A stretch of DNA of 64,000 bases from Histomonas meleagridis 2922-C6/04-290x (Eukaryota; Protista; Parabasalia). The notes beneath the pieces are model-generated. The model made no database searches. It was not told the origin of the DNA and worked only from the letters and a program-made list of their open reading frames with translations. The translations under genes and the position numbers were made by a program. Location of the stretch: positions 295,580 through 359,579 of the forward strand of contig JAANOX010000080.1 in the NCBI GenBank assembly GCA_020184695.1, given 5' to 3'. Below, piece by piece: positions 34,765 through 45,956 of the stretch; the stretch's first letter is position 1, and the number at the start of each line of letters is the position of its first letter.

Positions 34765-34976
34765 ACCAAATTTTCAATTTTAATTTTTTTTTGAAGTTCT
34801 GAGTTATGTTTACGACAATCATGCAAAACAAATTACTTTTATAGATGTTTGGGAATGAGTTATGTTTGATATTTTAATTGTTAGATTTTTGAAATTAATT
34901 ATTATCCCAAAAAATAAAAAGTAAAGCAAATTTGCGTAATAAATACCAAGAAATTAAAAGATTAAAACCAAAGAAA

Positions 34977-35495
34977 TCAGTTTAAGTATTCTCCAAGTGG
35001 AAGTGTATCTGTAAGAATCTCAATCAATTTGACTTCAATATCGTTAGAGTTAGCATTAGTTCTTAAGGAATCAACAGTGAGTTTTACCTCTGTTGAAAAA
35101 TGAAGCATAGCAAAGATTGTCTTTAAAGCGCCAATTAATGGAGTAAGGTAAACCAGACCATCATATTCCAATGGAATTGTTACATAACGTGTAATAGGAT
35201 TCTCTGAAATGCGGAGTGTAACACTATTTTCAGTTTGATCAATTTGTTGACATGAAACACCTAAATATGTCTTAAATGATCCTGCAATCAAATCGCATGC
35301 CTGACGGAATGTTTTAATATTATATGAATCTTGATGAACTACAAGATCGTCTGTAATTCTATTACCAATGCTAGTTCCAATCTTCATTAATTTTGCATTT
35401 GCATCTTCAATGTTGTTTGTTTCCTTGACAATGGAGCGAACAAGAGATCCATAAGTTAAGGCAAAGAGTTCAACATTTACATACTTGTCCGACAT
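34977..35495 (-). CDS. BET3: TRAPP complex subunit Bet3/TRAPPC3
   Basis: VNVELFALTYGSLV...LMKIGTSIGNRITDD...SENPITRYVTIP matches Bet3; Inr-like TTCATT upstream. Confidence 0.92.
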   Translation of the reverse strand: MSDKYVNVELFALTYGSLVRSIVKETNNIEDANAKLMKIGTSIGNRITDDLVVHQDSYNIKTFRQACDLIAGSFKTYLGVSCQQIDQTENSVTLRISENPITRYVTIPLEYDGLVYLTPLIGALKTIFAMLHFSTEVKLTVDSLRTNANSNDIEVKLIEILTDTLPLGEYLN

Positions 35496-35985
35496 TCTAA
35501 TAATAATGAAATGTCACTTGAAAATGAATAAACCGATTATTCGTCACTTTTTAATACAGCTCTTTATTTTTTTTGTGTGTTTCCAGATAAAGATGGTATG
35601 CTTTAATGTAGAAATGCTTTTTTGGTTCCATACTCTATCATTCCTATTTTATGTATGCTTGAAATATGTGTTTTTTATTTAGAAATTTTAAGTCATTAAT
35701 TATCTCATGATAAACCTTGATAAGCAAACTAATGATTTTTTTTCTCATTTATTTGTAACTGAAAAAATTCAAATTTTTAAAACGGAAAATGTAAATTAAC
35801 AATAATAATTTAATAGATAATATTTTAATGCAATTCTTAATTATTTTTATATATAATAAAAGTATGAGATCTAATTTCTTTCTTACACAAAACTCGAAAA
35901 AAAGTTAATATTAACATACAAACAGTTTTTAGAAATCACATTTTGCTGAAAATTTTTTTGAACCAATAAACATTTGCATACATCA

Positions 35986-37230
35986 TTACCTGCCGTCTTC
36001 AATGCTCTTCATTTGATATAGTGGATCAATATAATCTAATTCCGAAAACGATCCTGGATCAATGAGGAAATTGAATAGTGTTGCCCAGTTTCCGCTCTCT
36101 TTAATTTTTGACTTGCTAAGGAGGATTGATTTGCAACCAATCAAATCCATAATTTGAGGTATTAATTGTTTGAATTTCAAAATTTCAGTATCAATGAGTT
36201 TTAATTTTGTTTTTTGCAATTTATAAAAGTAATGCATTTCTGACATTGATAAAATTCCATCTTCGTCAATATCGCAAACTTTAAACCAGAAATTCAATGC
36301 TGATTTTGTTGACTTATCATCAAGAAGTGAAACAAATGCAACAAATTCTCCAAATGATATTCCTCTCGTGTCCTTGGGGCCCGGCAAATATTTAATTAAA
36401 CGTTCTGCGATATTTGGGTGGATTCTGCAATTGTCATATCGAACAAACTCTGTGAAATCCAGGAACTTGTTTTTGGAAGCGTTCAACTCCAGAAACCTCT
36501 CATATACAACAAGGAATTGATCAAACTTAGCAACGTAGTTCAATACATTCATGAAGTCTAATTTAAGAAAAGAATTTTTTGTAATTATTCCTCTGAATTC
36601 ATTATCGTAAATAAGATTGAGCTTGGTGATTACAAACCGTGCAAAAAGAGAACAAAGTGAGATGTTCTTTTTAATGCTTTTGAACTGTGGATTATGCTGA
36701 ATAAAAAGAACTATTAAAGGATAAAAATCTCTAATTATGGCATGGTCTCTATTTTTATTGGCAATTACAATAAAAAAAATACACTCGTTTGGTGATTCAG
36801 CTTTGTCAAGAGTCGTACCAATTTCTATCAAAGATGAGAACATTATTTTTTCTTGCTTTGAATGAACAATTTGTGAATTAACTATTGACATTACTTGCAA
36901 TCCAAAAAAATGTGGAATTAGGTAACGATTTTCGAGAATTTTTCCAAGTATTTTTGAATCTATTAATTGGTCTGCTTTAAATAAATTTGAAAAAGGTTGT
37001 TTTTGATGTGGTGTATTAACTTGTTTGTAAAATTTTGGAATTAACTTTTCTTCTTGTTTATTCTTTTTTGGTTTTCCTGATAAAAATTGTAAGAAGAAAT
37101 CATCAAAATTTGATGAATGTGATTGTAAAAAATTTTCAAGATAATCAAATTCACCTTGTATCTCACTTCTACTGATGAAAAATAAAAATTTTGAACGAAG
37201 AAATCTGTTTATTTTTGGATTTAAATCCAT
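35986..37230 (-). CDS. PP2A regulatory subunit B''-like EF-hand protein
   Basis: FWFKVCDIDEDGILSMSEMHYFYKLQ resembles the PR72/B'' EF-hand region. Confidence 0.75.
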   Translation of the reverse strand: MDLNPKINRFLRSKFLFFISRSEIQGEFDYLENFLQSHSSNFDDFFLQFLSGKPKKNKQEEKLIPKFYKQVNTPHQKQPFSNLFKADQLIDSKILGKILENRYLIPHFFGLQVMSIVNSQIVHSKQEKIMFSSLIEIGTTLDKAESPNECIFFIVIANKNRDHAIIRDFYPLIVLFIQHNPQFKSIKKNISLCSLFARFVITKLNLIYDNEFRGIITKNSFLKLDFMNVLNYVAKFDQFLVVYERFLELNASKNKFLDFTEFVRYDNCRIHPNIAERLIKYLPGPKDTRGISFGEFVAFVSLLDDKSTKSALNFWFKVCDIDEDGILSMSEMHYFYKLQKTKLKLIDTEILKFKQLIPQIMDLIGCKSILLSKSKIKESGNWATLFNFLIDPGSFSELDYIDPLYQMKSIEDGR

Positions 37231-37256
37231 CTAAAAAATTTAACGTATGTACGTAC
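37231..37256 (-). other. Candidate 26-nt micro-intron ending directly before the ATG
   Basis: Minus strand reads GTACGTACATACGTTAAATTTTTTAG|ATG. The branch motif is not canonical and no upstream in-frame ATG was found, so it would be a 5'-UTR intron. Confidence 0.35.
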
Positions 37257-37643
37257 TTTTTGATTAATATCTGAAAAAAAATGGATTTTTTTCAAACAAC
37301 TCGCAATTTAGATATGACAATATGAAGATGCTTTTGCAAGTATTGCCCCAAATCATTTTAAAGACTTCCTAACATTATTTTGATGCGGCAAATTATTAAA
37401 ATAAATTTCAAATAAATCAAATAAATACTTGGTATACTAAAATGGTTATCAGTTTTTCATCAAGCATAAGGTAGCTCCAAAATTTTCCACACTCACAATT
37501 TTTTAAAGATATTATGCTCATGTGATATATGTGATTCATCATTTAATAATGTGTAATAAATAAAACAAATACACAGTAGCCAAATGATTCAATATGTAAA
37601 GAAAAGCAGAATAGCATGAGCAAAATTTATTTTTAAACAAAAT

Positions 37644-37883
37644 TTAATGTGGGTAATTTCCGTGATGTTCACGACGGAACAATAAAATATTTGGTTCAGG
37701 TGCATGACGGTGGTAGTGTATCCACCCAATACTCATTTGGATTCCAAGTGCTCTCCATTCATCTTCAGAAAGCAAATGATCTTTAGGATCCCTACGACTG
37801 ATTTCCCTAGGAAGTATAACATGACGATATTCATATACATCATCGTAGTATTTGTCTGAGTAGTATATTTCGCTGACGGACAT
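37644..37883 (-). CDS. CKS1: Cyclin-dependent kinases regulatory subunit
   Basis: [20 protein letters not shown]...[20 protein letters not shown]...EPNILLFRR. Confidence 0.95.
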   Translation of the reverse strand: MSVSEIYYSDKYYDDVYEYRHVILPREISRRDPKDHLLSEDEWRALGIQMSIGWIHYHRHAPEPNILLFRREHHGNYPH

Positions 37884-38244
37884 TTGGGTTTTTTAATTTA
37901 CGTTAAAATTTTGTTTCACTAAGTATGTTCGAACATTTTCAAGGAATTTCATAACTTTATAAACGGTTTCGTTTTGTGAACTGAAATAGCTTAACGTACA
38001 GTATTGTACGTTAAAATGAACACATCATAAATGTTATTTTATGGTTATAATGATATTTTGAATGCAATATTGAGAAAGGCAATTTTTACCATTGTGCTGA
38101 CAAAATTAAAAATCCATTATAAGAAGTTTTATGAAACAAAATTTTTTACTAAAAAAAAATTCATATCTTCGAAGATTTAAAAGTTATAAAAATTTCCATT
38201 TAAAACACAATTTACTGAAAGAAACAAAATAGTTATAATATTCT

Positions 38245-40542
38245 TTATATATTCCCAAGAAATTTATCTTCTTTAAAATCTTCTGCAAATGGATCTTCTT
38301 TGATATTTAAATTAGATATTCCTGATGTGAATGTATTTGTAGAATCATTTTCATTTATTTCTGAATTACAATTTTCGCTAAATACTTCTTTTTTATTCCG
38401 AAAACGGACTAACAATATTATAAGTAATGATATTACAATAATAACTATCACTATAACGCATACAGAAATAATAATAATTGTTTTTGTTTTATTATCATTT
38501 GATTGTAATTCATTGGTAAAAATTATAGTGAAAAAATCTGAATAATATTTATAATATGATGAATAAATAATAACTGTATAATCATAATAAATAAATTCCA
38601 TTTCAACATAAGTATTTGATGAATTATAAACAATTAATGAAAATGATTTTGTTTGAGTTTCTGCAAAAGTTAATGAACATGATATTGATAATGTATAAGT
38701 CAAAACATACGAAAAAGATAAAGTTGTTACACTATTAATTGTTTCTGAAATTGTTTTTAAATCAGAAATTGTGTATGTATTCGAATGTGAAAACGTATTT
38801 GAATGTGAAAAAGTATTTGATTTACTAAATGTAAATGTTGGAAGAATACATTCATCAATAATTGTTCCATTAAAAACATTCAAATTTCCGAAGAATTCAC
38901 TTTGATAATTCTCTGTTATTATAACAGATGCATTAACACCATTAAGAACACTTTTATCAATCACTGGATCTAATTCACCATAATAATAAATACATCTAAG
39001 AGAACTACAAGAAAAGAATGTATATGAATTAATAGTTTTAACATTTTCTTCAATAATAACAATTTCTAAATTAGGACAATAATAAAATGCACCATATTCT
39101 ATAGAAGTAACAGTGTTTGGAATTGAAAATATTTTTGTTTTGTTTCCAATTGGATAACTAATTAACTTAGTAATGTTTTTATCATAAAGAACTCCATCAT
39201 TTTTATAATTAGAAAAAAATTCATTTTCGTTTTTGACATTAACATATTGAAGATTTATGCAACCAAGAAATGGATTATTAGAAATTGATATAATCGAATT
39301 TGGAATTATAATATTTTTTAAACTTATACAATCTTGAAATAAATAATTTGTAATTGTTGTAAATCCTTCTTCAAATATAATTGTTTCAAGATTACTACAT
39401 AAACAAAATGCTAAATCTCCACATGTTTTAACTGAATTTGGAATTGTAATATTTTTTAATGAAGTGCATAATCGAAATGCATAAATTCCAATTGTTTCAA
39501 CACCTCCTAAAATTATTATTTGTAAATTTGCACATGAATCAAATGAATAACTTTCAATTGATTTAACTGTATCTGGAATTCTAAACGAAATATTTTCGAT
39601 TCCAGCTGGATAACAAATGATATTATTAAAATCTTTATCATAAAGAATTCCATTAATATCATTGGAATAATGATCATTACCTGTAACATTAATATATTCA
39701 AGATGAATACAAGATAAAAAAGAAGCTGTTCCAATTGATGTAACAGATGTTGGTATGTTTAAATATGTTATTAAAGTACAATTATAAAATGCAAAATTAC
39801 CAATTGATGTTACCGTATTACTGATTTCAACAGAAGTTAATAATGGCCAATTATAGAAAGCATTATTTGGAATATTAAGAATTCCATCTCGAATGATAAC
39901 ATACTTTGTAACACTTTTAAAATCATTATTAAAATCATTTGAATCAGATATAATAAGTGTATCATCACTAGGATCAAAGATTTGAATTGTGAAATTGAAA
40001 AACAATATAAATATTAATGGAACTTTTTTGTTGGAATTTATATTATTTGATTTAACAAAATTTTCTTTTATCAAAAATATAAAAAGTATTAAAAAGGAAA
40101 ATAAAATAATAAAATAGCAGAGAATATTAATGTATTTTTGTTGGTATTCAAAAATTTCATTTGTTAATAAAGAAAATAAATTATTTGAATATTGGAAAAA
40201 TGAATACATAGATACATTCACAAACAACATAGCATGCCTAAAACCAAATATATCACCATTCAATATACTATATTTAATGTTATATGTGTTTTGTAAATGA
40301 ATACAATGGTGATATTCAAATTTCGTATTTTTTGTGTTATTAACTTTTGCTGCATGCCTGTAGTTACTGAGGGCACTGGTATCTTTGACTTTTATTTTGT
40401 ATATATAATAATAAATTTTTTCATAATTATTAAAAATTTGCATAATGAATATTATTAATAATGGAACATGATACATAAGGGGATTCAAAGTTTTTTGAAG
40501 TATTTTTGATTTATTAGCCATAAGAACACAAGGATGAGCCAA
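38245..40542 (-). CDS. BspA-like (TpLRR) surface protein with C-terminal TM
   Basis: Repeats of the type IPNSVTSIGxxAFxxCxxL, Thr/Ser stalk, TM IIIISVCVIVIVIIVISLLIILLV, tail EDPFAEDFKEDKF. True start is probably downstream (ATG 40230 or 40209). Confidence 0.88.
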   Translation of the reverse strand: MAHPCVLMANKSKILQKTLNPLMYHVPLLIIFIMQIFNNYEKIYYYIYKIKVKDTSALSNYRHAAKVNNTKNTKFEYHHCIHLQNTYNIKYSILNGDIFGFRHAMLFVNVSMYSFFQYSNNLFSLLTNEIFEYQQKYINILCYFIILFSFLILFIFLIKENFVKSNNINSNKKVPLIFILFFNFTIQIFDPSDDTLIISDSNDFNNDFKSVTKYVIIRDGILNIPNNAFYNWPLLTSVEISNTVTSIGNFAFYNCTLITYLNIPTSVTSIGTASFLSCIHLEYINVTGNDHYSNDINGILYDKDFNNIICYPAGIENISFRIPDTVKSIESYSFDSCANLQIIILGGVETIGIYAFRLCTSLKNITIPNSVKTCGDLAFCLCSNLETIIFEEGFTTITNYLFQDCISLKNIIIPNSIISISNNPFLGCINLQYVNVKNENEFFSNYKNDGVLYDKNITKLISYPIGNKTKIFSIPNTVTSIEYGAFYYCPNLEIVIIEENVKTINSYTFFSCSSLRCIYYYGELDPVIDKSVLNGVNASVIITENYQSEFFGNLNVFNGTIIDECILPTFTFSKSNTFSHSNTFSHSNTYTISDLKTISETINSVTTLSFSYVLTYTLSISCSLTFAETQTKSFSLIVYNSSNTYVEMEFIYYDYTVIIYSSYYKYYSDFFTIIFTNELQSNDNKTKTIIIISVCVIVIVIIVISLLIILLVRFRNKKEVFSENCNSEINENDSTNTFTSGISNLNIKEDPFAEDFKEDKFLGNI

Positions 40543-40775
40543 AGGTTTTGTTTCTCAACCCTCCAATGCAACGTTCTCAAATATCACTTGCAAGTGAAAT
40601 CAAGCTTTGAAAAAGTTGGTATTAACAGTTATATCAATACAAAATGTTACCACACTTCACAATTTATATCGATACGTATGCGTCATAAAAAAGTGATAAT
40701 CAAAACTCTTGTCGGTTTTCACGATCCCACCTGACCAGTATAATTTTAAAATACTTTACTTTTTATATAAATATA

Positions 40776-41192
40776 TTAATTTCTTTCACCACGAATGCGC
40801 TGTGCAAGTTGAACATCGCGTTCCATAATTGTAACACGATTTGCATGAATAGCGCAAAGATTTGTATCTTCAAAAAGACCTACAAGATAGGCTTCTGATG
40901 CTTCTTGAAGTGCTGCAATAGCTGAAGATTGGAAACGAAGATCACCACGGAATCCTGATGCAATTTCACGAACAAGACGTTGGAATGGAAGTTTACGTAT
41001 TAAAAGATCTGTGCTCTTTTGATACTTACGGATTTCACGAAGAGCGACTGTACCTGGTCTGAAACGATGTTGTTTTTTAGCCCCTTGAGAATCAACAACT
41101 GGTGTTGACTTACGTGCTGCCTTAGCACCGAGTGATTTACGTGGTGTCTTACCACCGGTAGACTTACGAGCTGTTTGTTTTGTACGAGCCAT
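40776..41192 (-). CDS. H3: Histone H3 (trichomonad type)
   Basis: [19 protein letters not shown]...[35 protein letters not shown]. Confidence 0.98.
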   Translation of the reverse strand: MARTKQTARKSTGGKTPRKSLGAKAARKSTPVVDSQGAKKQHRFRPGTVALREIRKYQKSTDLLIRKLPFQRLVREIASGFRGDLRFQSSAIAALQEASEAYLVGLFEDTNLCAIHANRVTIMERDVQLAQRIRGERN

Positions 41193-42402
41193 TTATCAGA
41201 ATGCTGTTTTTTTTCCCCGGGAATATCTGTGGTTTAGAATAGTGTCATTTTATTACGCCAATAATTAATAGTATAAAATACAAAGGTTTTAGTCAAAATT
41301 AGTTGACTTAAAATGGCATCAAAAAAAGTAATGTCTTCCCGGCTAAAAACAACGCCAAAACCTTTTCTTAGAAACAAAAATTAAAAAGTGAAGTACGGAC
41401 AATTTGTAAAGAAAAAATGTAATATGATTTGTATAGAAAAGCAAATCTTATTACATTAGCAGATTATTAGAAATGAAAGATTTTGATTCAGATAAATGAT
41501 ATTATAATATCATTTTTTTCGCTTTGCTATTATTTTATATTATCTTAAAAATTGTGAATATATCAAATAATATCAATAAAAGTTATTTTCATGGAATTCA
41601 TTGCTCCTTTTTCTGATGTTATGCAATTCTACGTCATTTTTGATATAACCGTCTAGCTAGATTAGTTTTTGGTGAAGTGACCTTCTCAAATTTGAATGCA
41701 CTTCGAAAAATTTTGAGTAATTTATTCAAAACATTTTGCATTCAAAATTTAAACGATACATAAGTTGAACCAGAATTATTTATTTCAACACATATGTTTT
41801 TGGATCAACATGGGCTGGGAAAACATGTTTACTTATAAGTTTACTTCAAAGCAAGTTCATTGAAGAATATGAACCAACCAATTCTATGGTTATAATGCGA
41901 GTATTGCTCTGTTTGGTTAATAATAAAAACAACAATAATAATAAGATAAAATATTAGAAACATATCAATGAAATTCCTTGTATTAAATTGGTGATAAGCT
42001 ACTTCTAAATATTTTTCTTTTCTAGAAGATTAAAAAATATCATTTTGCAATTTTAAAGGAAAGAAAAGATTTCCATTTTGTTCTAATAATTTATTGATTT
42101 TTTAAAGAAACATGTTTGGATAATTATTTTTTTTATGAATCCAAAGCCATTTTCCTTTCATAATTTAAATTTGAATAAATTTTATTTATTTTTTTTCATA
42201 AATAGTAAGTTTATATATTGGGAGATAACAATAGGCAATTTAAATTTGTGCATAACATAATAATTTTGTTATATGTTTTGAATTTAAATTTTATAAATAC
42301 ACAAATATATTAAATTTTAAATTTTTTTAAACGAAAAATTCGAATAATTTATTCAAATTCGCATAAAACAATTGTTTTGCCTATATAATTATTTTTATAA
42401 AC

Positions 42403-44253
42403 ATGCTTGGAAAAAAAGTCTATTATGAATGCTTTTCTAAGCAGTCTGGAATAAAATATTATTATGATCCTTCTACAAAAGAAACAATATTTAAATTACC
42501 AACAGATGGTATTATTTATGATCCAAACATGATACAACTTACATTTGAACCAGATTCAAAAAATATTAGAATTCAAACATCTGAAAAACAAAAAATTTCT
42601 AATATCAAATTACCACCAGAACTAAAAAGTTTAGAAGGTGAAGAATATGAAATCATTAAAAATCTTGGTAATTCAATAAAGAATAGGCCATCTCATTTTC
42701 AAGGAATTGAAAATAATCAAAAAGAAGTTGATAGTTTAAATTGTATTCATGATTTTTGTTCTGATAATCAAAATTTTGAAAATGAAGTAAAAGAAACAAA
42801 AGAAAATTTTGCTGGGAAATTTGATCAGCGAATATCTAATACACCAAATAATTTTTATAAAAACACAAAAATAGAAATGTTTCATACACAAAATAAAAGG
42901 AAAAGAAAAGATACTCATAAAATATATTCACCACCACTGAAAAAGAAATTAAAATTTCAAAAACATAATAAGAATGAAAATATTTTAATGAACAAACCAA
43001 TATCTTCACATGAATTAATTTCATATGCTTTTAATATCAATTTTACAGAATTGAATTTTGAAAATAGCATATTTTCAAAATATAATATTGAAGAATTTGC
43101 AAAATATAATTTTAGAAACCATAAACGATATGCATTTCAAAGGAAAAACATATTAACTAAAGATTTAATTTCATTTTCATATGAACCTCTTCGCAAACCA
43201 CTTCTTAAATCTATTCCAAAAAAATTAAAGAAAAATGGTAATTTCATATCAAAAATGATTCTAAAATACACAAATGTTATTCATTGTAAAAACCCAATGA
43301 AAAATGTATATAAAGTGATTATATTATTATATAGAATACCTTGTTTAGTTGATGAACTTTTTTTTCAATTGGCAAAGCAAACAACAAATTGTTTTAATTT
43401 AGAACGATTATATAAAACATGGATCTTGTTTTTGATATTTGCTTCAATTTTCCCTATATCCAAAAAATATCACATGATAATTTTGTCACATATTGCAAAG
43501 AATCTTTTTACTGATGATGAAAAAATTTCAAATTTATGTTTTCTTGTGTTCATTCGCTTTGAAAGCAGATATTATTTATATGTACCCATAAAAAACATTA
43601 CAAAATCATATATCAACTATATTTCATATAGTATTAACAGTAGTTTTTCAATTTTTAATTCTTCGTTATATGAATTATTATGGAGTCAAAGAGAAACATA
43701 TTCATATCTTCCTATACCATATATAGAATATTTTATTATTCAAACATTGTTATCCAAAAATGTTACCACAACAAATGATATTTTTATTAAAACAGGTAAT
43801 CAAATTGAGATTAATGAAACATATGATCAAAGAGTATCTATCGAAATAATCAGAAAAGGAAGTGTTTATGATGTTTCTATGATGTTATTATCATGGGTTA
43901 AATCACTTGCCGATTCGATGATACCTACTGCACTATTTGATGAATTTCTTAAAAATTGTCAAGAAGAAAATTTTTTAAATTTTACATTAAAACTTCCTCA
44001 AGCACACCTTTTATCATTAATGTTCTTAGTAGGTTTTTTTCAAGAACTTGTATCTAAATCTGATGTTAATGGAACTTCACCACAACTGTTATCAATTTTA
44101 TTCGGACCCGCAATTGTGTTTTCAGCAAATCGATTTAAGTCCCCTATAATTGCAAAAAAACTTAGGAATTGCGGAATTCAATTTATATGCTATCTGATAA
44201 GGAATTGGGAAACAACATCAATATACCCAATTCAACCACAAATGTTACTGTAA
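42403..44253 (+). CDS. WW-like/MyTH4/RhoGAP protein (ARHGAP39-like architecture)
   Basis: N-terminal KYYYDPSTKETIFKLP (WW-like), MyTH4 LVDELFFQLAKQTTN, C-terminal RhoGAP-like fold (LPIPYIEY...MMLLSWVKSLADSMIP...LSILFGPAI). Confidence 0.8.
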   Translation: MLGKKVYYECFSKQSGIKYYYDPSTKETIFKLPTDGIIYDPNMIQLTFEPDSKNIRIQTSEKQKISNIKLPPELKSLEGEEYEIIKNLGNSIKNRPSHFQGIENNQKEVDSLNCIHDFCSDNQNFENEVKETKENFAGKFDQRISNTPNNFYKNTKIEMFHTQNKRKRKDTHKIYSPPLKKKLKFQKHNKNENILMNKPISSHELISYAFNINFTELNFENSIFSKYNIEEFAKYNFRNHKRYAFQRKNILTKDLISFSYEPLRKPLLKSIPKKLKKNGNFISKMILKYTNVIHCKNPMKNVYKVIILLYRIPCLVDELFFQLAKQTTNCFNLERLYKTWILFLIFASIFPISKKYHMIILSHIAKNLFTDDEKISNLCFLVFIRFESRYYLYVPIKNITKSYINYISYSINSSFSIFNSSLYELLWSQRETYSYLPIPYIEYFIIQTLLSKNVTTTNDIFIKTGNQIEINETYDQRVSIEIIRKGSVYDVSMMLLSWVKSLADSMIPTALFDEFLKNCQEENFLNFTLKLPQAHLLSLMFLVGFFQELVSKSDVNGTSPQLLSILFGPAIVFSANRFKSPIIAKKLRNCGIQFICYLIRNWETTSIYPIQPQMLL

Positions 44254-44531
44254 TAATTAAATTGTTGTTGTAATAAAAAAATTAGTAGAATTAAAATAAT
44301 ATTTTTGTAAACATATATTTTGGTAAATATTATTGTTTTTAAAGAAACCTTTTATAGAATTAAATTAAACATTGAAATTTCAATTTTATTATTTTTTTCT
44401 TTGGTATATGAACTTAATTCAAAAATCGATCCTTTTAAAACAGTAAGATAATTGGAATGTAAGAATCTTTTAAAATCCCTTTTTAAATTAGGAAGTTCCT
44501 AATTAAGCATTTTGGAAAAAAGTGGCAATCA

Positions 44532-44954
44532 ATGGCTGACGAAAAGAAACAATCTATATTTTGGGCAAAAAAAGTGATACCTGGTGAAAATTCACACCTT
44601 GATATTCCAGATGATTGTTATGTTTCAATTACAAATGTTTGTATCCCAGAATTACCAGAAAATGGAGATGATTCGCCTATAAGACTTTTTGCCCATGTAA
44701 AAATAATCAAGCCAGACAAAAGCAATAAAGATGGCTTCACTGCAACACAAAGTACTTGCTTAATAGCTTCTTTAATACCAAAGAAAATTGAACAACAACA
44801 GATAAATGTTTTGTTTTCACCTTTAAACATTGTTGACCTTGAAGTTCAGGGTTCCGTACCAATCCATGTCTCCGGTATTAGACAACAAATAAATTCTCTT
44901 ATTGAAGAGGAAGAAGAAGAGGAGCAATTTGAAGAAGAAGAAAAGAATGAATAA
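44532..44954 (+). CDS. Nucleoplasmin-like (NPL) domain protein with acidic tail
   Basis: FWAKKVIPG...VSITNVCI...IASLIPKKIEQQQINVLF...VQGSVPIHVSG followed by poly-Glu. Confidence 0.75.
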   Translation: MADEKKQSIFWAKKVIPGENSHLDIPDDCYVSITNVCIPELPENGDDSPIRLFAHVKIIKPDKSNKDGFTATQSTCLIASLIPKKIEQQQINVLFSPLNIVDLEVQGSVPIHVSGIRQQINSLIEEEEEEEQFEEEEKNE

Positions 44955-45261
44955 AAAGTTTCTTATTACTAAAACAGAAATTACATTATACAGTAATTTT
45001 TTGATATTCTTGTCAATTTTCCATTGAATATAAATTCTAAATTAAATTTAGTTTAAAAAGTTATAGCCAACTAACCACTTATGATTGGCATTTCATAGCA
45101 CTATGAAATATTCTTTGTTTTGATATATTTTCTTAATATTTTAATAAATAGTGTTCTTAGTGATATCACACAAAAATAAAAAATGAAATTTGAATAGTTT
45201 ATATCATATTTCAATGAACGATATGTTAAATTTAGAGATGATAATTAAGAAACAATTTTTT

Positions 45262-45867
45262 TTATTCATCGCTTTCAAAAATACTTTGATATTTATCATA
45301 TGTGATGAATTCTTCATTTGCAGAATCTTTTAATTTTTTAACATTTTCTTGAGGAATGCTAGGATCCTTACTTGCCATAAATTCATAGAAATTAATAAAT
45401 GCCGCCGTAGGAATTTTGGACTGACATTGCTCATCTTCGAATATTTTAAATAAATTTAAAATTGTTTTATCGAAATTTGGCGAGACTAATGTTGAAGCAA
45501 TTCCCATAAACATATAAAGATCTATAGTTTCCTGGTCTGCAAATCCTAAACGTAATATATTAGCAAGTACATCTGGACAAATTCCGAGATCTTCACAAGC
45601 AACTTGATAATCAACTCTTTTGAGTTCATTTTGTGTTTTTAGAACATCTGTTAATGTCTCGCGGAGGTCCTGAAGTTCTTGTAATGTGATTCTATACCCT
45701 GCAGAAGATGTAGGAGGTTCTTCAAGCATTTTCTTGAAATAATCAATTGAAAAAGAAATTAGATCAGTTGGTTTTGCGCGAATGACAGCTTTTGAGTATG
45801 CTTTTAAAATGGGAGGCAAATCAGGAGGAATCTGAATTTGCTCGGCACAAAACATGCGGGTAAACAT
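45262..45867 (-). CDS. ROPN1L: Ropporin-like / RSP11-type RIIa-domain protein
   Basis: RMFCAEQIQIPPDLPPILKAYSKAVIRAKPTDLISFSIDYF is the ropporin RIIa dimerisation motif. Confidence 0.85.
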   Translation of the reverse strand: MFTRMFCAEQIQIPPDLPPILKAYSKAVIRAKPTDLISFSIDYFKKMLEEPPTSSAGYRITLQELQDLRETLTDVLKTQNELKRVDYQVACEDLGICPDVLANILRLGFADQETIDLYMFMGIASTLVSPNFDKTILNLFKIFEDEQCQSKIPTAAFINFYEFMASKDPSIPQENVKKLKDSANEEFITYDKYQSIFESDE

Positions 45868-45887
45868 TTTTTGCTATATAACGTTTT

Positions 45888-45895
45888 TAACCGCT
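45888..45895 (-). promoter_or_regulatory. M3-like element (AGCGGTTA) in a very short divergent intergenic region
   Basis: Matches DRCSGTTD, ~21 nt upstream of ATG 45867. Confidence 0.45.
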
Positions 45896-45956
45896 TTGGA
45901 AAGACAATTTTATTTTCTCACAAAAAAAATTGACAAAAAATGGGTTTAGGCAAGGA

